From the NCBI GenBank assembly GCA_964016885.1, contig OZ024741.1, positions 221,030,001 through 221,094,000 on the forward strand: a DNA stretch of 64,000 nucleotides, in the 5' to 3' direction. The position numbers and the translations under genes were made by a program. This DNA comes from Eledone cirrhosa. Lineage: Eukaryota. How positions within the stretch are numbered: the first letter of the stretch is position 1; each line of letters begins with the position of its first letter. This document shows, one piece after another, positions 1 through 15,458 of this stretch. The notes under the pieces were generated by a model that searched no databases, was not told the origin of the DNA, and was given only the letters and a program-made list of their open reading frames with translations.

Positions 1-489
1 TGCTCTAACCACTAAGTCATGCTTGGAGTAAAATTACTTGATAGAGTGCGTAGCTCGAAGATCAGAGAATCACTTCAAATAGAGCCGCTACTTCTCCGTA
101 TTGAGAGATCACAGCTCTTATATTACGGACATAGATAATATATGTTAGCTTAAATTAAGCTATTTCAACGAAACGTGTCAAAAACCCCTAAAGACGGAAC
201 AATGGACAAGATCGTGGGTAGGTTTCGAACTCACACTTGCTGATTCTTTCCACTTTTTCAGTCTCTAGAGGTTTAGATACCCAAATAGTTCGTCTACGTT
301 GAAATATCTACTTTAAGTTAACATACATTCAAAAGTGAAACTTTGGTCAACGATTTCTCAATACGATTGATATATGTATGTATGTGTGTGTGTGTGTGTG
401 ATTGTTTGTGTGTGTGAGTGTGTGGTGTGTAAGTATGTGAGTGTGTGTAAGTGTCTGTGTTTATATTATATATATAATATATATATATT

Positions 490-946
490 CGTGAAGACCT
501 GTAAATTCGCCTCTTCGTTGCTGTAGTGGAGGTCTGTGCTGCTGTACGGGTCTGAGACTTGGACACTGACCCAGAAACTCACTCAGATGGTGGATGGGTG
601 CTACACGAGAATGCTGAGGATGGCTCTGAACATTAATCAGTATACACTGAGGATGAAAACGTGAGAGCTGTGTGGGAGCCTCCCAAAAGTCAGCTCAAAA
701 GTGACACAGAGGAGACTGAGGTTAGCTGGACATGCTCACCGACATCCAGAGTTGACATTGCACTCAGTGCTCCTGTGGGAACCCCTACATGGACACACTG
801 GAAGAGGAATACCAAGGTTAGCGTATGTTGATGCCCTAAGGACAGACATTGGTCTGTTGGAGACGCAGGACATGGCAGCGATAATGTGGGACAGAGACCG
901 CTGGAGAGAACCCGTCCATGGATCTCGGGAATTTTACCCGCCCTAG
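490..946 (+). mobile_element. RTE-clade non-LTR retrotransposon 3' fragment (RT C-terminal region), frameshifted
   Basis: Reads across frameshifts as IRLFVAVVE-VLLYGSETWTLT..DGCYTRMLRMALNI..VTQRRLRLAGHAHRH..LLWEP.HG..GRG..YVD..DRDRWR, the typical RTE C-terminus. Confidence 0.85.
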
Positions 947-1539
947 ATATATATATGTATAATATAAAGCGGATTGTGATCCGAATACACGGAGGATATC
1001 CTGCCTCGACCCGACCCCCCTCGCACGCATGAGTCAGGGATAAATACCACAAGTAAAAATGACACGCCGATTACTACCACTTACCCCTCTCCCCACGTCC
1101 AGAGGGGACTTTGACCCTGTGTCCGTGTGGGTGTATCCACATGTGGACGTATATGGAGCTATGTGTATGTGTGTGTGTGACTGTGTAGACGTAATATGGG
1201 AATGCACCTGAGCCTGTGTTTGTGCGTGTGTGCTTGCAACGGTGTGCGTTGACATACACGCATATGTACTTTATGCTGAAATAAGAATTGTAGTACTTTG
1301 CACAGGTTTTTGGTATTTTACACTCCACTTTTGCCTCATTTGTTTTTAAAATGCACCAATCTATGATAAAATAAGAATTGTAATTCTTTACACTTCTCGA
1401 TTCTGACACACAGGTTTTCTATTTCAGTTTATATTTTTCAAAATGTTTGATATTGGTTGTAGCACAAACGCATTTTTTATTTGTTTGGCATATATATATA
1501 TATATTTGTTTATCTAATAATTCTGTAGACATGATTTAT

Positions 1540-1599
<60 letters not shown>

Positions 1600-1663
1600 A
1601 TAAATCATGTCTACAGAATTATTAGATAAACAAATATATATATATATATACAAATATACAAAT

Positions 1664-1699
<36 letters not shown>

Positions 1700-2159
1700 C
1701 AAATATACAAATCATATATGTATATGTGTATGTGTATATGTGTATGTGCGTGTGTTATACCTACACTTACAAAACAAAAGCACAAAACCTTACAAGCACA
1801 ATACATTACTATTAAACAATACACCTCGCCGCCGCCCACACCACCATCAGCCACACTTCCGCCGCCGCCGCCACACTCGTCTTTAGTCTAAACAACCAAA
1901 TACTTGATAACATGATAATCAATAGAAAACATGACATTGTGTTTGGTCGCCAATGGCAACTACAATCGACATTATCGTTGGCAAGCCAAAAAAAAAAAAA
2001 AGGCATTATCACGTAATATCTTACTCTCACTAAAGAAGACGTAGTTAGAACGATTGTTGTAGTGTAATATGACGAGAGGCAGCTTTACTGGGTATATTCT
2101 AGTGTATTGTTGCAACATACTATATACATTGTACTATATACACCGCCAACTTCATCACA

Positions 2160-5100
2160 CTCAGTACCAGAACTACCACCAATACCACCACTGCAAACAC
2201 TTCCATTAGCACCAGAACTACCATCAATACCACCACTGCAAACACTTCCATTAGCACCAGAACTACCATCAATACCACCACTGCAAACACTTCCATTAGC
2301 ACCAGAACTACCACCAACACCACCACTGCAAACACTTCCATTAGCACCAGAACTACCACCAACACCACCACTGCAAACACTTCCACTAACACCACAACTA
2401 CCACCAACACCACCACTACAAGCACTTCCATTAACACCACAACTACCACCAACACCACCACTACAAACACTTCTATTAGCACCACAACTACCACAAACAC
2501 TACCACTACAAACACCTCCACTAACACCACAGCTACCACCAACACCACCACTACAAACACCTCCACTAACACCACAACTACCGCCAACACCACCACTACA
2601 AACACTTCCATTAGCACCACAACTACCACCAACACCACCACTACAACACCTCCAACACCAAAACTACCACCAACACCACCACTACAAACACCTCCACTAA
2701 CACCACAACTACCACCAACACCACCACTACAACACCTCCAACACCACAACTACCACCAACACCACCACTACAAACACCTCCACTAACACCACAACTACCA
2801 CCAACACCACCACTACAACACCTCCAACACCACAACTACCACCAACACCACCACTACAAACACCTCCACTAACACCACAACTACCACCAACACCACCACT
2901 ACAAACACCTCCACTAACACCACAGCTACCACCAACAGCACCACTACAAACACCTCCACTAACACCACAACTACCACCAACAGCACCACTACAAACACCT
3001 CCACTAACACCACAGCTACCACCAACACCACCACTACAAACACCTCCACTAACACCACAGCTACCACCAACACCACCACTAAAAACACCTCCACTAACAT
3101 CACAACTGCCGCCAACACCACCACTACAAACATCTCCACTAACACCACAGCTACCACCAACACCACCACTACAAACACCTCCACTAACACCACAACTACC
3201 ATCAACACCACCACTACCAACACTTCTATTAGCACCACAACTACCACCAACACCACCACTACAAACACCTCCTTTAGCACCACAACTACCACCAACACCA
3301 TCACTACAAACACCTCCACTAACACCACAACTACCACCAACACCACCACTACAAACACCTCCACTAACACCACAGCTACCACCAACAGCACCACTACAAA
3401 CACCTCCACTAACACCACAGCTACCACCAACACCACCACTACAAACACCTCCACTAACACCACAACTACCACCAACAGCACCACTACAAACACCTCCACT
3501 AACACCACAACTACCACCAACACCACCACTACAAACACCTCCACTAACACCACAGCTACCACCACCACCACCACTACAAACACCTCCACTAACACCACAG
3601 CTACCACCAACGCCACCACTACAAACACCTCCACTAACACCACAGTTACCACCAACACCACCACTACAAACACCTCCACTAACACCACAACTACCACCAA
3701 CAGCACCACTACAAACACCTCCACTAACACCACAACTACCGCCAACAGCACCACTACAAACACCTCCACTAACACCACCACTACCACCAACACCACCACT
3801 ACAAACACCTCCACTAACACCACAGCTACCACCAACAGCACCACTACAAACACCTCCACTAACACCACAACTACCACCAACACCACCACTACAACACCTG
3901 CAACACCACAGCTACCACCAACAGCACCACTACAAACACCTCCACTAACACCACAACTACCACCAACAGCACCACTACAAACACCTCCACTAACACCACA
4001 ACTACCACCAACAGCACCACTACAAACACCTCCACTAACACCACAACTACCACCAACAGCACCACTACAAACACCTCCACTAACACCACAACTACCACCA
4101 ACACCACCACTACAACACCTGCAACACCACAGCTACCACCAACAGCACCACTACAAACACCTCCACTAACACCACAACTACCACCAACAGCACCACTACA
4201 AACACCTCCACTAACACCACAGCTACCACCAACACCACCACTAAAAACACCTCCACTAACACCACAACTACCACCAACAGCACCACTACAAACACCTCCA
4301 CTAACACCACCACTACCACCAACACCACCACTACAAACACCTCCACTAACACCACAGCTACCACCAACAGCACCACTACAAACACCTCCACTAACACCAC
4401 AACTACCACCAACACCACCACTACAACACCTGCAACACCACAGCTACCACCAACAGCACCACTACAAACACCTCCACTAACACCACAACTACCACCAACA
4501 GCACCACTACAAACACCTCCACTAACACCACAACTACCACCAACAGCACCACTACAAACACCTCCACTAACACCACAACTACCACCAACACCACCACTAC
4601 AACACCTGCAACACCACAGCTACCACCAACAGCACCACTACAAACACCTCCACTAACACCACAACTACCACCAACAGCACCACTACAAACACCTCCACTA
4701 ACACCACAACTACCACCAACAGCACCACTACAAACACCTCCACTAACACCACAACTACCACCAACAGCACCACTACAAACACCTCCACTAACACCACAAC
4801 TACCACCAACACCACCACTACAACACCTGCAACACCACAACTACCACCAACACCACCACTACAACACCTGCAACACCACAGCTACCATCAACACCACCAC
4901 TACAAACACCTCCACTAACACCACAGCTACCACCAACACCACCACTACAAACACCTCCACTAACACCACAGCTACCATCAACACCACCACTACAAACACC
5001 TCCACTAACACCACAGCTACCACCAACACCACCACTAAAAACACCTCCACTAACACCACAGCTACCACCAACACCACCACTACAAACACCTCCACTAACA

Positions 5101-8100
5101 CCACAACTACCACCAACACCACCACTACAAACACCTCCACTAACACCACAGCTACCACCAACACCACCACTACAAACACCTCCACTAACACCACAACTAC
5201 CACCAACACCACCACTACCAACACTTCTATTAGCACCACAACTACCACCAACACCATCACTACAAACACCTCCACTAACACCACAACTACCACCAACACC
5301 ACCACTACAAACACCTCCACTAACACCACAACTACCACCAACACCACCACTAAAAACACCTCCACTAACACCACAGCTACCACCAACACCACCACTACAA
5401 ACACCTCCACTAACACCACAACTACCATCAACACCACCACTACCAACACTTCTATTAGCACCACAACTACCACCAACACCACCACTACAAACACCTCCTT
5501 TAGCACCACAACTACCACCAACACCATCACTACAAACACCTCCACTAACACCACAACTACCACCAACACCACCACTACAAACACCTCCAACACCACAGCT
5601 ACCACCAACACCACCACTAAAAACACCTCAACTAACACCACAACTGCCGCCAACAGCACCACTACAAACACCTCCACTAACACCACAGCTACCACCAACA
5701 CCACCACTACAAACACCTCCACTAACACCACAGCTACCACCAACACCACCACTACAAACACCTCCAACACCACAGCTACCACCAACACCACCACTACAAA
5801 CACCTCCACTAACACCACAGCTACCACCAACACCACCACTACAAACACCTCCAACACCACAGCTACCACCAACACCACCACTAAAAACACCTCCACTAAC
5901 ACCACAACTACCGCCAACACCACCACTACAAACACCTCCACTAACACCACAGCTACCACCAACACCACCACTAAAAACACCTCCTTTAGCACCACAACTA
6001 CCACCAACACCACCACTAAAAACACCTCCACTAACACCACAACTACCACCAACACCACCACTAAAAACACCTCCACTAACACCACAACTACCACCAACAC
6101 CACCACTACAAACACCTCCACTAACACCACAGCTACCACCAACACCACCACTACAAACACCTCAACTAACACCACCACTACCACCAACACCACCACTACA
6201 AACACCTCAACTAACACCACAACTACCACCAACACCACCACTACAAACACCTCCACTAACACCACAACTACCACCAACAGCACCACTACAAACACCTCCA
6301 CTAACACCACCACTACCACCAACACCACCACTACAAACACCTCCACTAACACCACCACTACCACCAACACCACCACTACAAACATCTCCACTAATACCAC
6401 AGCTACCACCAACACCACCACTACAAACACCTCAACTAACACCACCACTACCACCAACACCACCACTACAAACACCTCAACTAACACCACCACTACCACC
6501 AACACCACCACTACAAACACCTCCACTAACACCACAACTACCACCAACACCACCACTACAACACCTGCAACACCACAGCTACCACCAACACCACCACTAC
6601 AAACACCTCCACTAACACCACAGCTACCACCAACACCACCACTACAAACACCTCCACTAACACCACAGCTACCACCAACAGCACCACTACAAACACCTCC
6701 ACTAACACCACAACTACCACCAACGCCACCACTACAAACACCTCCACTAACACCACAACTACCACCAACACCACCACTACAAACACCTCCACTAACACCA
6801 CAACTACCACCAACACCACCACTACAAACACCTCCACTAACACCACAACTACCACCAACACCACCACTACAAACACCTCCACTAACACTACAGCTACCAC
6901 CAACAGCACCACTACAAACACCTCCACTAACACCACAGCTACCACCAACACCACCACTAAAAACACCTCCACTAACACCACAGCTACCACCAACACCACC
7001 ACTACAAACACCTCCACTAACACCACAACTACCACCAACACCACCACTACAAACACCTCCACTAACACCACAACTACCACCAACACCACCACTACAAACA
7101 CCTCCACTAACACCACAACTACCACCAACACCACCACTACAAACACCTCCACTAACACTACAGCTACCACCAACAGCACCACTACAAACACCTCCACTAA
7201 CACCACAGCTACCACCAACAGCACCACTACAAACACCTCCACTAACACCACAACTACCACCAACGCCACCACTACAAACACCTCCACTAACACCACAACT
7301 ACCACCAACACCACCACTAAAAACACCTCCACTAACACCACAGCTACCACCAACACCACCACTACAAACACCTCCTTTAGCACCACAGCTACCACCAACA
7401 GCACCACTACAAACACCTCCACTAACACCACAACTACCACCAACGCCACCACTACAAACACCTCCACTAACACCACAACTACCACCAACACCACCACTAC
7501 AAACACCTCCACTAACACTACAGCTACCACCAACAGCACCACTACAAACACCTCCACTAACACCACAACTACCACCAACGCCACCACTACAAACACCTCC
7601 ACTAACACCACAACTACCACCAACACCACCACTACAAACACCTCCACTAACACTACAGCTACCACCAACAGCACCACTACAAACACCTCCACTAACACCA
7701 CAGCTACCACCAACACCACCACTACAAACACCTCCACTAACACCACAACTACCACCAACACCACCACTACAAACACCTCCACTAACACTACAGCTACCAC
7801 CAACAGCACCACTACAAACACCTCCACTAACACCACAGCTACCACCAACACCACCACTACAAACACCTCCACTAACACCACAGTTACCACCAACACCACC
7901 ACTACAAACACCTCCACTAACACTACAGCTACCACCAACAGCACCACTACAAACACCTCCACTAACACCACAGTTACCACCAACACCACCACTACAAACA
8001 CCTCCACTAACACCACAGCTACCACCAACACCACCACTACAAACACCTCCACTAACACCACAGTTACCACCAACACCACCACTACAAACACCTCCACTAA

Positions 8101-11100
8101 CACTACAGCTACCACCAACAGCACCACTACAAACACCTCCACTAACACCACAGCTACCACCAACACCACCACTACAAACACCTCCAACACCACAGCTACC
8201 ACCAACACCACCACTACAAACACCTCCACTAACACCACAACTACCATCAACACCACCACTACCAACACTTCTATTAGCACCACAACTACCACCAACACCA
8301 CCACTACAAACACCTCCTTTAGCACCACAACTACCACCAACACCATCACTACAAACACCTCCACTAACACCACAACTACCACCAACACCACCACTACAAA
8401 CACCTCAACTAACACCACCACTACCACCAACACCACCACTACAAACACCTCAACTAACACCACCACTACCACCAACACCACCACTACAAACACCTCCACT
8501 AACACCACAACTACCACCAACACCACCACTACAAACACCTCCACTAACACCACAACTACCATCAACACCACCACTACCAACACTTCTATTAGCACCACAA
8601 CTACCACCAACACCACCACTACAAACACCTCCTTTAGCACCACAACTACCACCAACACCATCACTACAAACACCTCCACTAACACCACAACTACCACCAA
8701 CACCACCACTACAAACACCTCAACTAACACCACCACTACCACCAACACCACCACTACAAACACCTCCACTAACACCACAACTACCACCAACACCACCACT
8801 ACAAACACCTCCACTAACACCACAGCTACCACCAACAGCACCACTACAAACACCTCCACTAACACCACAGCTACCACCAACACCACCACTACAAACACCT
8901 CCACTAACACCACAGCTACCACCACCACCACCACTACAAACACCTCCACTAACACCACAGCTACCACCACCACCACCACTACAAACACCTCCACTAACAC
9001 CACAGCTACCACCAACACCACCACTACAAACACCTCCACTAACACCACAACTACCACCAACAGCACCACTACAAACACCTCCACTAACACCACAACTACC
9101 ACCAACACCACCACTACAAACACCTCCACTAACACCACAACTACCACCAACACCACCACTACAAACACCTCCACTAACACCACAACTACCATCAACACCA
9201 CCACTACCAACACTTCTATTAGCACCACAACTACCACCAACACCACCACTACAAACACCTCCTTTAGCACCACAACTACCACCAACACCATCACTACAAA
9301 CACCTCCACTAACACCACAACTACCACCAACACCACCACTACAAACACCTCAACTAACACCACCACTACCACCAACACCACCACTACAAACACCTCCACT
9401 AACACCACAACTACCACCAACACCACCACTACAAACACCTCCACTAACACCACAGCTACCACCAACAGCACCACTACAAACACCTCCACTAACACCACAG
9501 CTACCACCAACACCACCACTACAAACACCTCCACTAACACCACAGCTACCACCACCACCACCACTACAAACACCTCCACTAACACCACAGCTACCACCAC
9601 CACCACCACTACAAACACCTCCACTAACACCACAGCTACCACCAACACCACCACTACAAACACCTCCACTAACACCACAACTACCACCAACAGCACCACT
9701 ACAAACACCTCCACTAACACCACAACTACCACCAACACCACCACTACAAACACCTCCACTAACACCACAACTACCACCAACAGCACCACTACAAACACCT
9801 CCAACACCACAGCTACCACCAACACCACCACTACAAACACCTCCACTAACACCACAACTACCACCAACATCACCACTACAAACACCTCCACTAACACCAC
9901 AGCTACCACCACCACCACCACTACAAACACCTCCACTAACACCACAGTTACCACCAACACCACCACTACAAACACCTCCACTAACACCACAACTACCACC
10001 AACACCACCACTACAAACACCTCCACTAACACCACAGCTACCACCAACGCCACCACTACAAACACCTCCACTAACACCACAACTACCACCAACACCACCA
10101 CTACAAACACCTCCACTAACACCACAGCTACCACCAACAGCACCACTACAAACACCTCCAACACCACAGCTACCACCAACACCACCACTACAAACACCTC
10201 CAACACCACAGCTACCACCAACACCACCACTACAAACACCTCCACTAACACCACAACTACCACCAACACCTCCACTAACACCACAACTACCGCCAACACC
10301 ACCACTACAAACACCTCAACTAACACCACAACTACCACCAACACCACCACTACAAAGACCTCCATTTGCATCACAACTACCACCAACACCGCCACTACAA
10401 ACACCTCCACTAACACCACAACTACCACCAACACCACCACTACAAACACCTCAACTAACACCACAACTACCACCAACACCACCACTACAAACACCTCTAT
10501 TTGCACCACAACTACCACCAACACCACCACTACAAACACTTCTATTAGCACCACAACTACCACCAACACCACCACTACAAACACCTCAACTAACACCACA
10601 ACTACCACCAACACCACCACTACAAAGACCTCCATTTGCATCACAACTACCACCAACACCGCCACTACAAACACCTCCACTAACACCACAACTACCACCA
10701 ACACCACCACTACAAACATCTCAACTAACACCACAACTACCACCAACACCACCACTACAAACACCTCAACTAACACCACAACTACCACCAACACCACCAC
10801 TACAAACACCTCAACTAACACCACAACTACCACCAACACCACCACTACAAACACCTCAACTAACACCACAACTACCACCAACACCACCACTACAAACACC
10901 TCAACTAACACCACAACTACCACCAACACCACCACTACAAACACCTCAACTAACACCACCACTACCACCAACACCACCACTACAAACACCTCAACTAACA
11001 CCACCACTACCACCAACACCACCACTACAAACACCTCAACTAACACCACCACTACCACCAACACCACCACTACAAACACCTCCACTAACACCACAACTAC

Positions 11101-11415
11101 CACCAACAGCACCACTACAAACACCTCCACTAACACCACAGCTACCACCAACACCACCACTACAAACACCTCAACTAACACCACCACTACCACCAACACC
11201 ACCACTACAAACACCTCAACTAACACCACCACTACCACCAACACCACCACTACAAACACCTCAACTAACACCACCACTACCACCAACACCACCACTACAA
11301 ACACCTCCACTAACACCACCACTACCACCAACACCACCACTACAAACATCTCCATCAGCACCACCACTACCACCAACACCACCACTACAAACATCTCCAT
11401 CAGCACCACCACTAC
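2160..11415. repeat. 45-bp tandem minisatellite (CCACTACAAACACCTCCACTAACACCACAACTACCACCAACACCA), ~200 units, with 42- and 41-bp variants
   Basis: Periodicity is directly visible. Plus-strand frames read TTNTSTNTTTTTNTT or LQTPPLTPQLPPTPP; the minus strand gives the poly-Val ORFs in the track. Confidence 0.97.
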
Positions 11416-11464
11416 CTACATTTCTGGATATATATAATAGCATTGTTAGAACTGTATTATCTAC

Positions 11465-12465
11465 ACTGCCACCACCAACACCACCACCATACCACCTCCA
11501 CCACCACCACCTCACCATCAACACCCCCCACCCCCTCAACACCACCACACCACCCCACCCCCACTATCTGCAACACCACCAACACCACCACCAACACCCC
11601 CATCACCAGCATCACCACCACCATCAACACTACCATCAACACCACCACAACCACACCCAACACCCCCAACCCCCACCAACAACACCACCATCACCGCCAT
11701 CACCAACACCAATAGCATCACCACCACCACCATCACCAACACCACCATCACCATCACCAACACCACCATCACCAACACCACCATCACCAACACCACCATC
11801 ACCACCACCACCATCACCACCACCAACACCAACACCACCACCAACACCACAACCACCACCACACCACATCACCACCACACCAAACCACCACCACCACCAA
11901 CAACACCACAGCCACCACCACACCACATCACCACCACACCAAACCACCACCACCACCAACAACACCACAACCACCACCACACCACATCACCACCACACGA
12001 AACCAACACCACCACCAACAACACCACAACCACCACCACACCACATCACCACCACACCAAACCACCACCCCCACCAACAACACCACAGCCACCACCACAC
12101 CACATCACCACCACACCAAACCACCACCACCACCAACAACACCACAACCACCACCACACCACATCACCACCACACCAAACCACCACCACCACCAACAACA
12201 CCACAACCACCACCACACCACATCACCACCACACCAAACCACCACCACCACCAACAACACCACAGCCACCACCACACCACATCACCACCACACCAAACCA
12301 CCACCACCAACAACAACACCACAACCACCACCACCACACCACACCAAACCACCACCACCACACCAACACCACAACCACCACCACACCACATCACCACCAC
12401 ACCACACCACCACCACCACCACCACACCACACCACCACCACCACCACCAACACCACTACCACCAA
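11465..12465. repeat. (ACC/AAC)-rich low-complexity tract with a ~59-bp higher-order unit at ~11850-12330
   Basis: CACCACACCACATCACCACCACACCAAACCACC... recurs in tandem. Confidence 0.9.
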
Positions 12466-12812
12466 TTTATATAGCCATGTGTTCTCATCATATACATCAG
12501 TCGGTAGTTTAAGAAATATAGAACTAACTAGGACATCATTAATCAGTAATGCACTGGGTATTTGCTGGCCTTGTGCCTAAAGTAGAAACAATTAATATAA
12601 TGCTACGACTACAGGAAAGGCATGAATGCTGCTACAGGCCACCACTAATAAAACCAACAATATATTGATTCACAATGACATTAATAAATAATCAATATGC
12701 CATATTGATGATTATGTATATTTACTATACAGCGTTAAAACATCAGGCGCTCAATGAAATATATATGAATGGTGTATATAAAATTATATATAATATATTT
12801 ATGTATTATAAA

Positions 12813-12843
<31 letters not shown>

Positions 12844-12955
12844 CACACACACACACACATACACACACACACACACACGCACACATATATATATATATAT
12901 TGTCTAGCTGTGAATATTTCAATTGTTATATCACAGCCATCTCAGTCTTATGTTT

Positions 12956-13022
<67 letters not shown>

Positions 13023-13027
<5 letters not shown>

Positions 13028-13261
13028 ATAGAAGGAACTTCTACAGGACTAGTACTGTTTCATTCAGATGATGTTTCATTCAGATGAAATCTTCAGGAAG
13101 CTGAAATCAGATGAAATCTTCAGGAGCTTCCTGAAGATTTCATCTGAATGAAACAGTACTAGTCCTGTAGAAGTTCCTTCTATAAAATAAAAAAATTTTA
13201 CTCTGCCATGTATTGAGTACCTTACTTACTGTGGTTATCCCCGACTCAACCCGGGACCTAC

Positions 13262-13262
<1 letters not shown>
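13023..13262 (+). mobile_element. Fold-back, hammerhead-bearing PLE-pLTR-like element (family A) between (TA)n tracts
   Basis: Inverted arms ATTTTATAGAAGGAACTTCTACAGGACTAGTACTGTTTCATTCAGATG / complement ending 13188, a unique tail to 13262, and (TA)n on both sides. Confidence 0.75.
13124..13176 (+). ncRNA. Type I hammerhead ribozyme motif (family A)
   Basis: gagcttc-CTGAAGA-t ttc atct gaa t-GAAA-cag tactagtc ctg-TA-gaagttc: 7-bp helix I, intact core, GUA cleavage triplet (predicted cut after 13169). Confidence 0.8.
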
Positions 13263-13327
<65 letters not shown>

Positions 13328-13332
13328 ATATA

Positions 13333-13494
13333 GTACGTTATTCCGGGTTGAATCGGAGGTAACCACAGTAAGTAAGGTACTCAATACATGGCAGAGTATA
13401 ACAGTTTTAATATAGATGAGATTCTACAGGACTAGAACTGTTTCTAAAGAATGAAACAGTTCTAGTCCTGTAGAATCTCATCTATATTAAAACT
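13333..13494 (-). mobile_element. Family A fold-back element with hammerhead core deleted
   Basis: Tail homologous to 13200-13262 in reverse; arms 13403-13444/13453-13494 keep GAAACAGTTCTAGTCCTGTAGAA but lack CTGANGA. Confidence 0.7.
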
Positions 13495-13566
13495 ATATAT
13501 ATATATATATATATATATTAATTCAAAATATTAATAAATATAGACATTCAACGTAATTAAAATATA

Positions 13567-13629
13567 ATTTATTATATATATTTCGGAGGTACTGTGCTGT
13601 TTTTTTCAGTACGTCCTCATCAGATAAAA
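13567..13629 (-). ncRNA. Minimal type I hammerhead ribozyme motif (family C)
   Basis: Reverse complement: tttat-CTGATGA-gga c gtactg...cagtac c tcc-GAAA-tatata-TA-ataaa. Confidence 0.8.
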
Positions 13630-13692
13630 TATATAAATTGATGTATGACATACCTCAACTGTGCTGATGGTTCAATTCCAGTCTTGGCAGTC

Positions 13693-14283
<591 letters not shown>

Positions 14284-14304
14284 AAAGCTCTCGACTAGAC
14301 GTTA

Positions 14305-14657
<353 letters not shown>

Positions 14658-14730
14658 ATAACGTCTGGTCGAGAGCTTTTAAAGTAATTAAGTCAAAAAT
14701 TTAAAATTTGACTTCGTTTATTAAAGATGT

Positions 14731-14787
14731 ACTGCTATATATATATTTCAGTGACAGCCATCATTGGCTGTGACCTCTTCAGGTAGT
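14731..14787 (-). ncRNA. Type I hammerhead ribozyme motif (family B, left-arm copy)
   Basis: Reverse complement: actac-CTGAAGA-ggtcacagccaatgatggctgtcact-GAAA-tatatata-TA-gcagt (one helix I mismatch). Confidence 0.7.
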
Positions 14788-15050
14788 CCGAATTGGTGTG
14801 GTAGAGACAGGTACACATGTTGTTAAAGTGTTTTACTCCGTCAATACTCCGATATCTCCAGCTCCTGGTTGGGTTGTTATTTCTCTGAGGAACTGGAATC
14901 ATATCTAGAAATGGCTTCTATTGGACTAGAACTGTATGATTCCAGTTCCTCAGAGAAATAACAACCCAACCAGGAGCTGGACATGTCGGAGTATTGACGG
15001 AGTAAAACACTTTAACAACATGTGTACCTGTCTCTACCACACCAATTCGG

Positions 15051-15105
15051 ACTGCCTGAAGAGGTCACAGCCAATGATGGCTGTCACCGAAATATATATA
15101 GCAGT
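15051..15105 (+). ncRNA. Type I hammerhead ribozyme motif (family B)
   Basis: actgc-CTGAAGA-ggt c acagcca atga tggctgt c acc-GAAA-tatata-TA-gcagt: helix I 5 bp, helix II 10 bp, palindromic minimal helix III. Confidence 0.85.
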
Positions 15106-15392
15106 ACATCTTTAATAAACGAAGTCAAATTTTAAATTTTTGACTTAATTACTTTATTTTACATTACTCCGGAGTAACCAAACCAACCTGCGTGCTACGT
15201 CGAGTGCTCCAATCTGCATACTGAGGTGTCGGGGAAACAACCAACATATACTAAAAAAAGAAAATATATATATATATATATATATTTTCAGTATATATTA
15301 CGTTTTCTCAATATTGAGTTTTCTCATAAGTTAATCACTATCTTGATTAAATCTTAACCATCTACCATGTCAGGGTATGTCATGTATCATTT

Positions 15393-15458
15393 TATTTTAT
15401 CTGATGAGGAAGTACTGTTGAACTTAATTCAGTACCTCTGAAATATGTATAATAAAAT
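15393..15458 (+). ncRNA. Minimal type I hammerhead ribozyme motif (family C) within a ~15290-15600 element
   Basis: tattttat-CTGATGA-gga a gtactg...cagtac c tct-GAAA-tatgta-TA-ataaaata; upstream GGTATGTCAT is shared with the 13.6-kb copy. Confidence 0.8.

Larger units (their letters stand above)
14680..15250 (+). mobile_element. Large fold-back element (family B), ~222-bp arms, each carrying a hammerhead
   Basis: Arms 14680-14902 and 14936-15156 are near-perfect reverse complements; unique tail to ~15250, then (TA)n. Confidence 0.8.

Noticed and set aside
2120-11412. Poly-Val minus-strand ORFs up to 1618 aa
   Set aside because: Antisense reading of the 45-bp ACC-rich repeat, with GTG pseudo-starts and no domain
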